From: Paraphysomonas bandaiensis
Taxonomy: Eukaryota > Protista > Chrysophyceae
Direction: 5' to 3'
NCBI GenBank assembly: GCA_965644295.1
Contig: CBFFRP010000281.1
Span: 372,001-436,000 of the forward strand
Length of the DNA stretch: 64,000 nt
Below are positions 1-13,297 of this stretch, piece by piece; position 1 is the first letter of the stretch; each line of letters starts with the position of its first letter. The notes under the pieces were generated by a model that was not told the origin of the DNA, searched no databases, and worked only from the letters and a program-made list of their open reading frames with translations. Position numbers and translations under genes: made by a program.

Positions 1-1697
1 CAACTGTAGCACGGTCCACTGGAACGCGATTTATATGTACACTCTGCACGCAAACTCGCTCAAATTCACCACGAAGGTTTGGGCCAAAATACATCTGAGT
101 ACCATACACTTACAATTTTATATTTCACATATTCAGTGATAAATCTACATGTATCACTCAAGCACATCTCGTATGAACAAGCAAGCAGCCTTTCTACCTC
201 ATCGCCTGGTGAAACTCCTGTGCCGTGACGAACTGCACCTTCCACTATCAGTCGGCCGCACCGTCCCCTCCGCATAATGTCACTCTCCATATAATCTTCA
301 TTACTCTCTGGATAATATGTTGCAAGGACAGCAACTTCAGTGTGCTTCTTCGTCTCTTCTTGTCCCTGTTCGGTGCTCGGAAGACGGAATAATAGGTGTT
401 GTAGAAGATCCATGCCGCGCCCACTCACGCTGGAAGTCACGAACAAAGGGACATGTACTGTATTTTGAACGCCACTATTATCACCATAACCGTTCATGAG
501 GGTATCTATGTCCTCTTTACTATCAATCAGTACCGGCTGACGCTTACAGGATAACAGGATTCGTTTTATGTAGTCAACTGTTTTCGCTAAACTGTAGGCA
601 GAAGCCACCTCAGACTTCGTTATCACCAAAACAATCGGTACGTTCAGCGCAAAAGCAATACCCAGGTGCTCGGTTGTCATCCGCAGAGGTGAGGAGGAAG
701 AGGCGGGGAGACAAAGTAGCGTGTACTGTGGCGCATGACTTACTAGACCATAAACTGTTGTTTTAAAATATTTCTCGTGCCCTGCTAGATCCACTAAAGT
801 AACCGTTTTTTTGGCTTCCGTAAGTATATCGAGGTCGCTGAGAGAGCGACATCTACTCATTAAATGAGTCTGGACAGTAATATTCCCCTCATAACCCTCG
901 TTGAGGACCTGTACATGTTATTGGTTAATATGAAGTGTCCGACACCTGTGTTCTTACCTTGCCAGTGGAATTGAAATATAACTTGTGGCGACTGACAGAA
1001 GAAGTGCGGCCAGATAATATTTCATGCTGATGTCGTACAACCTATCCAACCCATTACTGTACACGGGTCATGTTATTATAATCGTACCTGCGTTCTTGCC
1101 AGACCACGTCCGTTGTCCAACTGCCCAGATAACAGTACACCTATCAGCGAGCTCTTGCCTGCATACATATTATTACTAGCCTAAATACACCCAAGTCACA
1201 AATACCAGTTCCAAAAGCTCCGACAACAGCAATATGTATCTGTCAAAATAGTAAGTTTTCTACTCTCATTTACAGTGCCTACATACATTTTCAGGGAGTA
1301 ACTTCGAATGTGCTTTCCTCTCAATCAGAACTTCTGCAGTAATCCCACACTCACCCCTCAAATATTTTCTAACTGTCATATTACAGTTATTTGAATCAGC
1401 CATTCTCTGAAGTGCTTTCAAAGAAGACTGTAACTCTAACTCACTAATGCCTATAGGCTGTCCATTATCTCTGTATCCTATCTTATAGATTGCTTCATCT
1501 CCACCTTCATTCAATCTCCTGTATAATGATCTCTTATAGTGATATGATTATATAGTATTTATATACCAGTGCATTTGTGTTACTCGATGATTAAACTGAT
1601 CATCAGATAGATCTGTTAATCTATACTTATACTCTATATTCCCTTCCTCTATTTCAGGGGGTAACCATCTAGCTTCTTCCATTTCATTCTTATCCAT
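1..1697 (-). CDS. GTP-binding protein GTPBP1/GTPBP2 family translational GTPase (multi-exon, 3' end runs off the window)
   Basis: Spliced translation gives LPPEIEEGNIEYK...HRVTQMHWRLNEGGDEAIYKIG, G1 VVGAFGTGKSSLIGVL..GQLDNGRG, RHQHEILSGRTSS and DLAGHEKYFKTT. GT-AG introns are about 50 nt. Confidence 0.9.
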
Positions 1698-2325
1698 AAC
1701 TAGTGTATGTTTATATCAATCATACTCTTTAATGTGTGTCTATTGAGATATGGTCCATAGGGAGAACCACAAGGAAATATGATCATATCATATCACCACA
1801 ATCATGATTCTGTTACCTAATATATATGTAGCCGGGAACGGGAGAGTAGGAATTACTATATAAAATATTGATATATATGAACGGCTGGGTAACGGGAGGA
1901 TACTTTACTTTTCAAAGAACTTGCTTGCATATACGCATATACAGTATTGTAAACTGGGGTATATCTACTGTAGGTATGCATACAACACTACAGTATATAC
2001 GTACAGTACGTACTGTACCTATTCCTATATAGGACAAATGAAGCAACGAGCGAAGTGTGTATGTATGATATCTCCATATATAATACTGCTGCATACAATA
2101 TACACAGCACAGTTCCATATACTATCATACGTACTATAGCAGCATACACACCATACATGGAGAGGTAGCTACATACATATGATACATACATGTACATATA
2201 TATATATAGACATCCCTCATATATCTTTCTATTGACATTTAACTGAATAAATCAATGGTTTTCAACAATAACATAGTGTGACAATAATTCAGTGAGATTG
2301 TGAGCTTATCTTATCAATAGAATAC

Positions 2326-5300
2326 ATGTTATCAGTGTCTCTAATCGTTCTATTGACTGTATTGTGTATATGTCAAGCAGTACCTTCAAATCAACAAGAT
2401 AAAGTTTACATTGAGAATGAAATCACACGATTAAATGCTTATTTAAAAGATAGTGAAGGAACTAATGCGAATCTTGGTCCGTATTGGCTTCAGCTGGGAC
2501 TGTATTATCAGGTACATCTACTGCATCATAGATGGTCTGATGTTATGTAATTGTTTCGTTCAGACAAGTGATATACGATGGCACAATGGTGGTGAATACA
2601 AACCTTTAGCTTTGGAAAGTTTTGATAATGCGCTTAAGTATCCACTTTCTTCTTCCGAACGCATTACTGCACTACAGCGTAAAGGTCTTTTACTGAAGAT
2701 GATGAGTCGGGGCAACGAGGCCGTTGCTAGTCATGCAGCTATACTTGACATTCCACAGGCGACAGATAGAGACATTGCTGCGGCTTATGTTAATATGGCC
2801 GACGCGAAAAATATGATTGGAGATGTCGGCTCAGCCCTATCCCTTCTAAACGAGGCATTGGAAACTGACCCACTGTATTTGGAGGCGTACTATCCCCTTA
2901 TTAAAACTTGTGAAGAGATAAAGTGTAGAACTAAACCACAAGAGTGGAGTGTATTAGTATCGGGTATAGAGCGTGCTCTGAAAGAGGCTTTAGAGTCAGA
3001 AGATCTTATACCAGTAAGTATCTATTGGGCCTTATTCGAAGCAACACAGAAAACAGGTCTGTTACGGCTGCACTGTCACGAGTTTTTGTTGTAGTCAATA
3101 AGTTATACTACAGTCGCTTTTCTTTCTGTCATTTCTAACTCATGCTTAGGTAATTTGGATCAGGCATGGTCGTACCTGACCACAGCTCATGAGATTGAAA
3201 TTAGCCGGAGACGAGAGAATTCCCATGCATTGGATGATGACAGTCTACATGATATGACAGACCAGATTCGGTCTATATTTCGGCGGGGTTTTTGGCCAGC
3301 TGGTGTAGGGTCCGTATCACGCACCCCTATATTCATTGTCGGTATGATGAGGTCCGGCTCAACTCTCCTTGAGACTATATTAGATGCCCACCCAAGTGTA
3401 TACGGTCTCGGTGAAGATAGTGTGTTCAATAGCCACCTCCCTCTTGTGCGCAACGACATAGTGCAAGCCAGTGCGGAAGGGCCTGGAAGGGTATACGACG
3501 TTGTAGAAAAGAGTGCGAAAATGATATTGAAAAAAATGCATAAGCAGTCGAGAGAACTTAATATTAATGACAGTAGCAAACGAAAAGTCAAGCGAATGGT
3601 GGACAAAATGCTCTTCAACTATAGAAACATCGGATTCATTCACCTCTTGTTTCCTCATGCTGTTATACTACACACTGTAAGGTACATTTTGCGTAATTAT
3701 CTATTAGTAAATTCTTCAAACATGTATTTCTCAGAGATCCTATGGATACACTGCTAAGTTGTTTCACACATAAGTTCGATGACAACGGCTTAGAATGGGC
3801 ATTCGAGCCGTATACGCTTGTACAGCAGTATGTTCATTACCTTCAGATAATGGCCCACTTCAGGCGAGAACTTCCGAGGCGTGTTGTAGACATTAACTAT
3901 GAAGATTTTGTGTCGGATCCCGAGACGCAAATTCGGTCTCTAATTGTGGATCAGCTGGAGTTGGAGTGGGATGACAGGTATGTTTTGGCAGCTCATTAAA
4001 ATTTCGTCAATAAGCCAATTCATGGGTGTGGATGGATTATAACTTGTTTATGATATTGGTATTGGAACTTATATTGATATATTATTGCAGGGTGATGCAG
4101 TTTCATAAGCTAAACCGGTCTGTACACACCCACTCAATGCATCAGGTGAGGCAGGGCATATTCAAATCTGGTGTAGGGAAGTGGACAAAGTATTATCAGC
4201 AAATGCAGCCGATACGAAGACTTCTTTTACCTCATCTACAAGCTATGCACGAACGAGGAGACCTTCCTTTTAAAAATAAGATTAATTGGCTTCTGGATCC
4301 GAAATACCCATACGGTATTAGGAACGACAGCGATACACTGTCTCAGCAGCAATCACACTCTGCAACTTCTACGGTGACGGATTCTGGAGCTACAGCCTCA
4401 AGTATCAAGGAGGGAGAGAATGATCTACGTGATAACACGGTGAGAGTGCCCAAATCTGGCCCTAAGTTAGAAGATAGGTTAGTTCCGCCAAAGCAATTCG
4501 AAGGTCGTCGAAGTGGAGGGGTCGTATTCCCCGATGACGAAGCCCTAGAGGGAAGACATATGAAGCGGCGTAACAGTCGAGAAATGGAGTTCAACTTGAA
4601 TGATTACGACCGTGCTGCGCAGTATGTGAATCACGAGGGTGATAGCTACCACTCTGCGGCGGACCACGTTGTCGATGAAGCTGAGTATAAACCCAGGCAG
4701 TTTGGGAAGCGTCGTCGACGACTTCCTTCCAAATGTAGACGGCGAGGTAAGCGACGTGGACTTGCTCGTGGCTGTAGAGCCCGACGGCAGATAGTTGACT
4801 ATGACGATGAATACGCACCAGTGGACGACGATGATGATAGTGTATCACAACTCGAAACAAATCAGGCCTTCCCAAAGCGCAGTCCAGCTCTTGCTTTAAA
4901 AATAAAGGAGCTCAGCAATAAATATGATAGTCTAAAATCCAACGGCATAAACATCCCCTTTAAGCATGGAGATAAAGTTGTGGATGACTTATGTGGGGTA
5001 GGGGTGTTGTTGTTCAACTACGGCCGCCTTGCTGAGGCCATCGAGTTGCTAGAACCTGTAGTTGCGTATTATACGAATGTGTACAGTGCGTATGTTGTTC
5101 TCGGAAGTGCGCATGCTATGGCCGGAAATTTCACTGAAGCACTAAGAATCATGAATCGACTGGTGGACGAGTTAAGATCAAGTAAATTGGAGCAGATTAC
5201 GATAGATATTTATGAGCGTCGAGCTCAGATATTAGTAGCCACTGGTGATTTTGATGGGGCTATCCAGGATCTAACAGATGCACTTGACCTCGAACAGACG

Positions 5301-7591
5301 GCAGGGCTGTACTTTTCACGGGGCAATGCTTATATGAAGTAAGAGAAGTGCATGTATGTTATTTCTTTGACTGTTTACTTATAATAGGAAGAAGCTATAC
5401 GTAGCAGCCAAGCAGGATTTGCTTGCTGCCGTAACCATGGGTATGAATGTACCGGAACTTTGGAGTCTAATAGGTCATTGTGAGAGGGAATTTGGCGAAC
5501 CCAAGCGCGCCATTGCAGCGCTCACGAAGGCTCTCGACCTGGATAAGAATCACAAAGAAACTCTCCTTGAACTAGCGCTAACATACATGAGTATCAGCGA
5601 CTCGAATAAATCTCTGGAATATATTGCTAGGGCTCTTGCAGTCGACCCCACCATAAAGAATGCCTATGGTTATAAAGGACTACTATTTCAAAACATGGGT
5701 CTCGTGAATGAGTCTCTAGCCGCATTTCGTGCAGTCTACGATCTTGATCGCACAGACGTTCAAGCACTTCACTTTACTGGGGTACTGAACCAGGCAAAAG
5801 GGGATTACGAAGCTGCCATAGAGTGGTTCGATAAAACACTTGAAGTGGACGAGGAACATTACTGCTGGAGTTTGCGGGAGATTGCATTTTACCGATGGGG
5901 GAAATTGGACACCCCTCTTGTAGAATATAACCCAGATACAGACATTCACTGGCTGCTCAAGGTAGTTTACAATTTATACAGTTGGTATGTGTGAAACGCT
6001 ATGTATAATGGTGCGTAGGATGCCTGGATTCGGCGGGCGAGAATTCAAAACTACTGTGTACCGGGAGTAGTTTCTTACTGCCACCATGGGCTTAAACTGC
6101 ACCAAGCAGATGACATAAAGAAGTTATCGACGAGCAGCGTTGGTATTAGTATGACTAACTTTTACGATTCTAAAAACCGAAAGAAGGAGCAGTTCCGAAA
6201 TCTGGTGAAGATGACGGAACGCATCGCTCAATGGATTCAAGTCGATTCGCCTGGTTTCCTCCGCCACCGTAGGCAGCACATAATGTTTGGCGTCCTTGTC
6301 CTTCAGATGGCTCAGCAATTACGCACACACTACAGAATGCTTCGCAATGGGAGCTTACCTGGTCTCATGATACCTAATAGTGCTGGAAGCCGCCGTGTAC
6401 ATACGGGAAATGAGTTTCCAAGCGATATTGATGAAAGCAGTGACACTGACGATGACTATTTCGGGAGAGACTCTAGAAATAGTACAAAAGGGGTCGAGTT
6501 TCACGCGTTAGGCTGGCGAGATATGTACGATATCGCTGTCAAGTGGAGACAGCTGGCTGAACCCTTCGACACCGTGCTCTGGATTGACTGCACAGCTGCT
6601 CAGGAAAATAAGCATGATAAAGTTGGTCTACAAACATTTCTCTATCATGGTATGCAATATGTATAACATATTGCTAATGTTTAATATCGTTATGCAGGAG
6701 TAGGAAAGAACATAAGATACTATCCGTACTTTAACCAAACGTTTACGTTAATGAAGAATCTACTTCCCGGTGGTTATTATGTCGGAAATGATGTCTTCGA
6801 ATTCCAAAAGCCATCTGCTCGAGTAGTAAAAGGAATAGAACGATCTAGTAATCTAAAAGAGTTGCTAGAGGTTGTACCCGCTCTGTACGTCTTGACTCCA
6901 CTCAAAAGCGCTGCTACTCCAGAAAAAGGGCCTCTTGAAGGTGTATAATGTATATTTGCAGTGTACCAATTTATAACGGTGTTTCTAGGGACCAGAATAG
7001 CACTGTCGCATTCAACACCTGCCGGTGAAGAACTTTATATTAGCACTGGCACATCTAAAGAGAGGTAGGAAAATGTGCTTGAAATCTGCTAGTGCTTATG
7101 AACATGTCTTGTCTAGATACGCTCGATATAAGAAAGAGCTAGATTTGTCATTCCAGAACATTATAGATTTTGCGGTTGAGAATAATGCTCCTGACTTCGA
7201 GGGTATGAGCAATGGAGAGGTACAAAATGTTAAGGACAGAGGACTAGAGTTATGTTTAGAACTTTATTTTTATTGGATTAATTTCTCCCCTCTCTCACGC
7301 GGGACTGCTGCTGTTGGTTATGCCAGTGTTGTCGCGTGCGTTCTCAGTTTTGGTGATATTCTAGCCACTCCGCTACCCTCGGGCATTCAATTAGATTGGG
7401 AAGCCATCTTATCTTCACAGCCTAGTGATTTTATAACTGTAGCGCGGAAATGGCTTGAGAGTAGAGTAGATGCCAATGATATCATCGAAGAGTGCTGGCT
7501 GCGTGAAGACACCTCTTGCAGAGTAGATGCTACTGTCGAGACAGCACGGGATGTATTGTACGTTATAAATGAATTGTATGAGAGTGGCTAA
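2326..7591 (+). CDS. Secretory TPR + PAPS-dependent sulfotransferase + TPR + TTC13/SRFR1-like fusion protein (multi-exon)
   Basis: Signal peptide MLSVSLIVLLTVLCICQA; TPRs; PIFIVGMMRSGSTL (5'-PSB), VDKMLFNY, VR|DPMDTLLSCF (3'-PB) and FHK..RSVHTHSMHQVRQGIFKSGVGKW; further TPRs; TTC13/SRFR1-type WRDMYDIAVKWRQLAEPFDTVLWID and FYWINFSPLSRGTAAVGY...GIQLDWEAI. Confidence 0.8.
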
Positions 7592-7829
7592 CCTATTGTT
7601 CATGGTGGGCCGTGTATTTCGTATCCTTAAGAAATGAAGACAGAATAGCAATATTTTTAATTTAAAGTATGACCTTCTGGTTACTTTTTGCGTAAAACTA
7701 CACGTGTTATCTTCATAGGAGTACGTTAAGTTTGTATCAACCATGACCATTGAGCAGCTACAGAATAGCGTAGTGAATGTCTGAGTATTAGCAATAGGCG
7801 TGTATAAGTCAGAACTAATGTAGCAAAAA

Positions 7830-7986
7830 AATTTAACTAACTAGTGCTTAACTCTGATATCCTACCATGATTTAACGCTACGAGAGCTGCTTGTGCGTCA
7901 CCGCAATCACCAAGGTGCAACCCCTTTCGCTCTATCACTCAAAGCGATCAGAATATTGATATACCTGACATCTGCTGACTTCAGAA
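7830..7986 (-). repeat. Dispersed repeat family A, copy 1 (inverted relative to the copy at about 44372-44533)
   Basis: Its reverse complement aligns by eye to 44372-44533, e.g. CTTTGAGTGATAGAGCGAAAGxGGTTGCACCTTG...TGCGGTGACGCACAAGCAG. Confidence 0.8.
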
Positions 7987-8747
7987 TTTTTGTCCTTGAT
8001 TTTAGTAGACAGCCCCATACCCCATACCCAGGATGCCCTTGAGGTGGCCCGTTCCCCATTCCCGGATGCCTGTTTATTCATCGAGGTGTCAAGTTATGAC
8101 GCTATTGGATGATTTACTAAGTTAACTGAACGTGTATTCACTCATTAATCTTGTTAAAATTGTTTTCATGTTATCTTTACGACCAATCATTTCTCGTACG
8201 ATCTTACATCGTCACTACCTGATCAATATATTATTATTACTATAGTCAGTTTCATTACTATAGTAGCTATCATGTTGATAGTTCTCATAATACTGACTGT
8301 TAACCACTATTGTATTCTTCGACTAGCGGTCATAATTCCAATACCTTACAAAATTACAGCTTTTAATTGCTCAAACAGCAAAACCCAACACAAGGCCCCA
8401 AACGTCTACACAAGTGAGACTTGTTGGTATCATCCCTTGCACCTTGTACTACTCAAGCATTTGGATATGAGTGGGCAGAACAATATCAGCTGACTTTATA
8501 TGCGGCTCACGTTTTAGTTTCTCGGAGAAATATATCTCCAGTACTTATTTCCCAGATCACCACGAGAAGGTGCAAGTCTGACTTTGTTGAGAGGGGGACA
8601 CGATATAAAACGTTTCTAACGTTGATTGTCTTTTTTTTGTTCTAGTATGATGAGAGCTATGTTGACCAAATAATTCAGGTTAAAAACTCAGGTTTTCTAA
8701 TGCAGTGCACTGTAAGCCCAAAATGGAGATGAGAACATAAATATTTC

Positions 8748-8930
8748 TACTAGTCAAAGTCAACTTCACTAGGTTTTTTGTGATTAGGACAATAGGTCGG
8801 GAAATATTCTTTAACCTAGTCACACTAATTTAACCGTAAATAACAATAGTAGTCATATAATAAATAACTCAACCAAGTCAATTTTGTTATTAAACCTAGT
8901 CGTTCTTATATCCGTAGTTGCTACACAACA
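8748..8930. repeat. Dispersed repeat family B (CCTAGTC/GACTAGG motif array), copy 1
   Basis: 8812-8930 aligns with 31569-31690 (ACCTAGTCACACTA...GTAAATAA...TAGTC...TAATAAAT...CAACC...AGTCAAT...CCTAGTC). Confidence 0.65.
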
Positions 8931-9420
8931 TTCTTATGACGGTCTAAGATACTCGCTCATACCACAACATAGCGTTCTAATGGCTTGCAGAGCAACAAAC
9001 ATAACAATAAATTCATATTCATATGTATGTCTATTCAGCATATCTATATAGCTTATTAATATATTATAGCGATGAATCCCATGTCAGTATTATGGGGAAG
9101 AGGAGGGGTGTCGACATCACCACAGATAGCAACGATTTTGATGATTCCATTGGCTTCCAGGAGTACATGAATCATGAATCCAGTAACATGCGGTGTGTGT
9201 CGGAGCCCACAATACTACATTCAACATCCACCCCCAATAGACATTTTTATTTTTCAGTTAAAACAATAACTATCATGGTTCTTGGTATGTATGATTTGGA
9301 AATTCGTATTGCTTGTTAATTTGCATCGAATCGGTAAAAGCTTTACAAATGCATCACATGAAAGTCCAATAAATTATTATGATATCTAGAGTAGGAACCA
9401 TGTAATGGAGAGAAGGCATT

Positions 9421-12400
9421 CTAAAATCTATTCCTGGCTAATAAGCTCTTGGCTGCTTTGGTTTTTAATTCATCCAACTTTGCTATATTTTGCCTGTAAT
9501 GCACAGCATTAAAATCAGAAAAGAGTAACCCATCGTACTTACAATGACGTTGCAATTCCCATGAGTTCTTCAATACAGGCAATCGCTTTGTTATACAACC
9601 CGACGTCCATCAAGCATAATATCTATAGCAAATCATTAAGAAACACAGCATCACAGATACCACAAAATCACCTTCTTGAACTGCATCTGCTTGAGCGTGG
9701 TATCTTTGTGAAGGCGCCTGCACAAAAGCACACATTCCGTATAATATCGAACGGCAGCGTGCTAACAAACATACATAAATATGGTATAATATCATGATAT
9801 CGCACATATTGACCTGGTTACCAAGGCTGGATTCAACTGTGGCTAGATTGCCGAGGGCACGCATCTCGATCTATATACATTACATCATTCGCAAAATATC
9901 AACGAATTAGTGGGTAACATTAGCAGCGAAAGCGACTCTACATCCACAGCAATTACAATTCTTACCACTTCAGCTCCACAGAACCTGCTCGCCCTAATTG
10001 CTCTACGAAAATGAGCACTTGCTGCGGGGTAGAATTCAGGGCCCTTTTTAAACTCACTAATACCGATGTCAAGAAGATCCTGCGCATGTGCATTATTCTA
10101 TAAAACACTGGCTACGTCCCGAAATGATCGCTGTTTCGAAACCCCCAACTTAAAATGCACTACACGTACCTGTGCATCACTATCATTCGCCTGGGGACAG
10201 AATCGGCAGCATCCCGAATCTCCATTATGCGTATACGTCGATACTAAACCTTGAATATGCTTCACAACAACCTTTCGCAACTCAAAATCAGAGTCCAACA
10301 GCATCATCGATAATTCCTGCCGTATACAGTTAACAACTATTATAAACGTAATAATAAATATCCACCACAACCTCTGCAAAATGATACTCTGCTTTTTCAA
10401 AATTCCCGCGACACAGTTGTACTTCAGCAAGCTGCCGCACCCGTAAATTGACATTCACCAAAGTGTGCTGCAAATCATACCTTTCTATGTACCCTGATAA
10501 ATGTTTGGGTATCCTCAAAACGTCCACGATCAGATCTCTCTATTCTGTGATATATACTTTCCAGAACATCATGACTCTATATCCCAAGAATAGTAACGAC
10601 ACGCACACAAATACAACACTTCATACCTCCTGGTAGGACCTCGCGTACACATCCATGTCACCATGCATGGCCTGTCATAACAATCAAACCATTACGAGCG
10701 CCAGTTACGCTATCAGTTCAATACCTTCTGAATATCGCCCTTTTGTAAGAGCGTCTTTGCAAGCAATTGCAAGTCGTCTGTTGGCACAGACAACAACGGG
10801 TCCTTCGATGATTCAGTACAGTGTTGAGTTAAGGGGTTTATAGGTCTGCCACTGTCATCGGGTACTGATGACGAGAGCGTATGGACGTTTTCAATGAAAC
10901 TTCGGATCATGTGATCGACATTATTCGCCAAATGTAAGGCCTTCTCTAGATCCCCTTCCCTTTCGTGATGACAAGACTCATCAAGCATACCTGACAAGTC
11001 TCGTCTGAGCTGCACAGTTGACCCTTCGCCCATCACTCCAGCACCACCAGACGCCCAAGTTGAGCTGAACCCAGATCGAAGAGTCAGTGAGTCAGGATAT
11101 ATACTAGAATCACTATTAGCGTGAGATATATTAATGCCTTCACCATCGCTGCGAGCGCGTAAATGATTCGCTGGTACAGAACCATTCGTTAAATCCCCAG
11201 AAAAATATCCTGTGATGGAACAAATAAAAAGTCATATATCGCAGAGGGGTAGACGGTGAACAGCATAAGCAAAACACAGCGTATCAATTGTACCATAATT
11301 ATCATCCGGGCACTCGCTTCCTTCACTTGGGATATGTTGGAAATGGGCGGTGGTGGCTGGTGTAGTTGGGGTACTGTAGACATGAATTGGAGGTGGTCGT
11401 CCACCGCCGTCCTCCACACAGTCCTCGCCGAAGAATCCGTAAGGACTTGTATCAACGCTGCCGCTACTACATTCTATAAACAAGTTACCCATATATTCTT
11501 TAAACACTTGCACCGCTATTCACACATTAATCTATACGCGGTACATTCGCAGGGCATAGCGTACCTAGTCCAGACGCCAGTGGGGACTGACAGCTAATAT
11601 CAGTACCAGTGGTACCAAAACAACCGTATGGATCTTGAGGGGATAGTTCATGGGGCGCACCCGTAGCTGAAGTGGTACCTATACATTGATTTCATCACGA
11701 TTAGAAAGTATAGAGCAAAAATAGCCAGCCTGTGGTTGATTCGGCGTTGCTGTCGCATCCATGTCGCGGCACAACTGCGGGTCCCACTTTCAAACATTCC
11801 CTGTAAAGCACCGACTCAACAGCATGGCAGAGTTTGGTCGAGTGCAACGACAAGAAAGCTACAAGCTCATTAAATAAAAAAATAGTGATCATATATATAA
11901 AGTACCCGGCAAATTATCAAAATATCGTCCGTCGGAGCATTCTTCTCGCTTTTTCTCAAGACCATATCCACCCTCCTGATAATTGTATACTAGCACATTC
12001 TTCAAACTTTTATCGCTGGTGACATAAACAATAGTAAACTTCCCTGGCTGAGATTCACTCAACCGAACCAAGAAACTACCTTCCGGTAAAGATCGTAAAA
12101 TAGTTTGGGACTGTTCCCTCGACAAAGACCCATGAAACCAAGGATGCAAAATACCCTCGTTATCAAATAGGTTTGAGCATACTTTAACAAGACATAATCT
12201 GAGTGGTCCAAATAATTTAAGAAAATTCTCAAATCCTGATTGTGAAACAAATTCATCTTGTAGTACAATAGAATATTTTAATATTCTACTAATATCAATT
12301 CCAGGATGGCAACTTGATGGGAAGGTTGATGTAAAATATTTCTCAAATGTTGCTATAAATGCTTTCCATTGAACTTTAGTTCGATTAGGAAACAATATGC

Positions 12401-12431
12401 TCCATAATGAGGATTGTGTGGTTGATGACAT
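9421..12431 (-). CDS. EF-hand-like linker (Cbl/STAT type) + SH2 domain + Tyr-motif linker + C-terminal TPR protein (multi-exon)
   Basis: LWSILFPNRTKVQWKAF..FENFLKLFGP resembles the Cbl-N EF-hand-like/STAT linker. SH2 motif WFHGSLSREQSQTIL..GSFLVRLSESQPG. C-terminal TPR-like helices (EMRALGNLATVESSLG). The spliced frame ends at TAG 9421-9423. Confidence 0.75.
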
Positions 12432-12464
12432 GCTTTTTTTAATAGAGTAATTCACTCACTCTCT

Positions 12465-12900
12465 CTGTGTCTGTCTGTATGTGTATGTATATATATGTAT
12501 GTCTGTATGTCTGTATGTGTGTGTGTATGTGTGTGTGTCTGGTTGATTATATTGTCATATGAAATATCTATTAATGAGATAGTTGAATAGTCGATTTCAT
12601 TAGATTGAGATATGTGTGGTGGGTTATATCGTGGAATAATAGTTCGATGAGATGGATGTTAGTAGCTTATGTATATGTATATATGTACTGTATGTATGTA
12701 TGTATGTATGTATGTATCTATAGATCTCTGTGTTGTACTGCTGTGCGTGTCTTGTTATATACACAACGACGTACACGACGACTTGTATATGGAGTATACA
12801 TGTACCTACACACCATCGATATGTACATGTATACCAGTATGTGTATATGTGTACATGTAAAGAACATAGAATATATGATGTACCTGTACACATGAGGGTA
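12465..12900. repeat. TATG/TG low-complexity microsatellite region in a divergent promoter
   Basis: Imperfect (TATG)n and (TG)n tracts lie between two head-to-head genes. Confidence 0.8.
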
Positions 12901-13297
12901 CGTATGTAGTTCTATATACAGACCAGAATACATCAGACTGAGGAATACAGTTACCTATACAGGGGCGTATGACATATCCAGATATCCGAAATTTTGACAT
13001 CAAAATGTATAATATTGCCAATTATTGGTATAATATACACAGAATACAAAGATATGCAGCAACATGTGTGTCTTCCTGTATCGCTAGGGGTATATCGCAG
13101 TCTCTATACATACAGTACATATACAGGACTATACAGTAGTGTTGAGTTGTACTTCTTTCCCTCAGACCCTCCAATCACACCTCCATATACTAACATATGG
13201 ACAAAGACGTACATTGAATCACAACCTCATTCATACTACTTTCTATTCATATACCACTAAGAGGGTTAAAGGATATCCCTCTATCATTGTTTTCAAC

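Noticed and set aside
9023-9319. Small orphan ORFs (also 35741-35986, 49856-50104, 54351-54647)
   Set aside because: They have no motifs or coherent exon structure and cannot be supported as genes.
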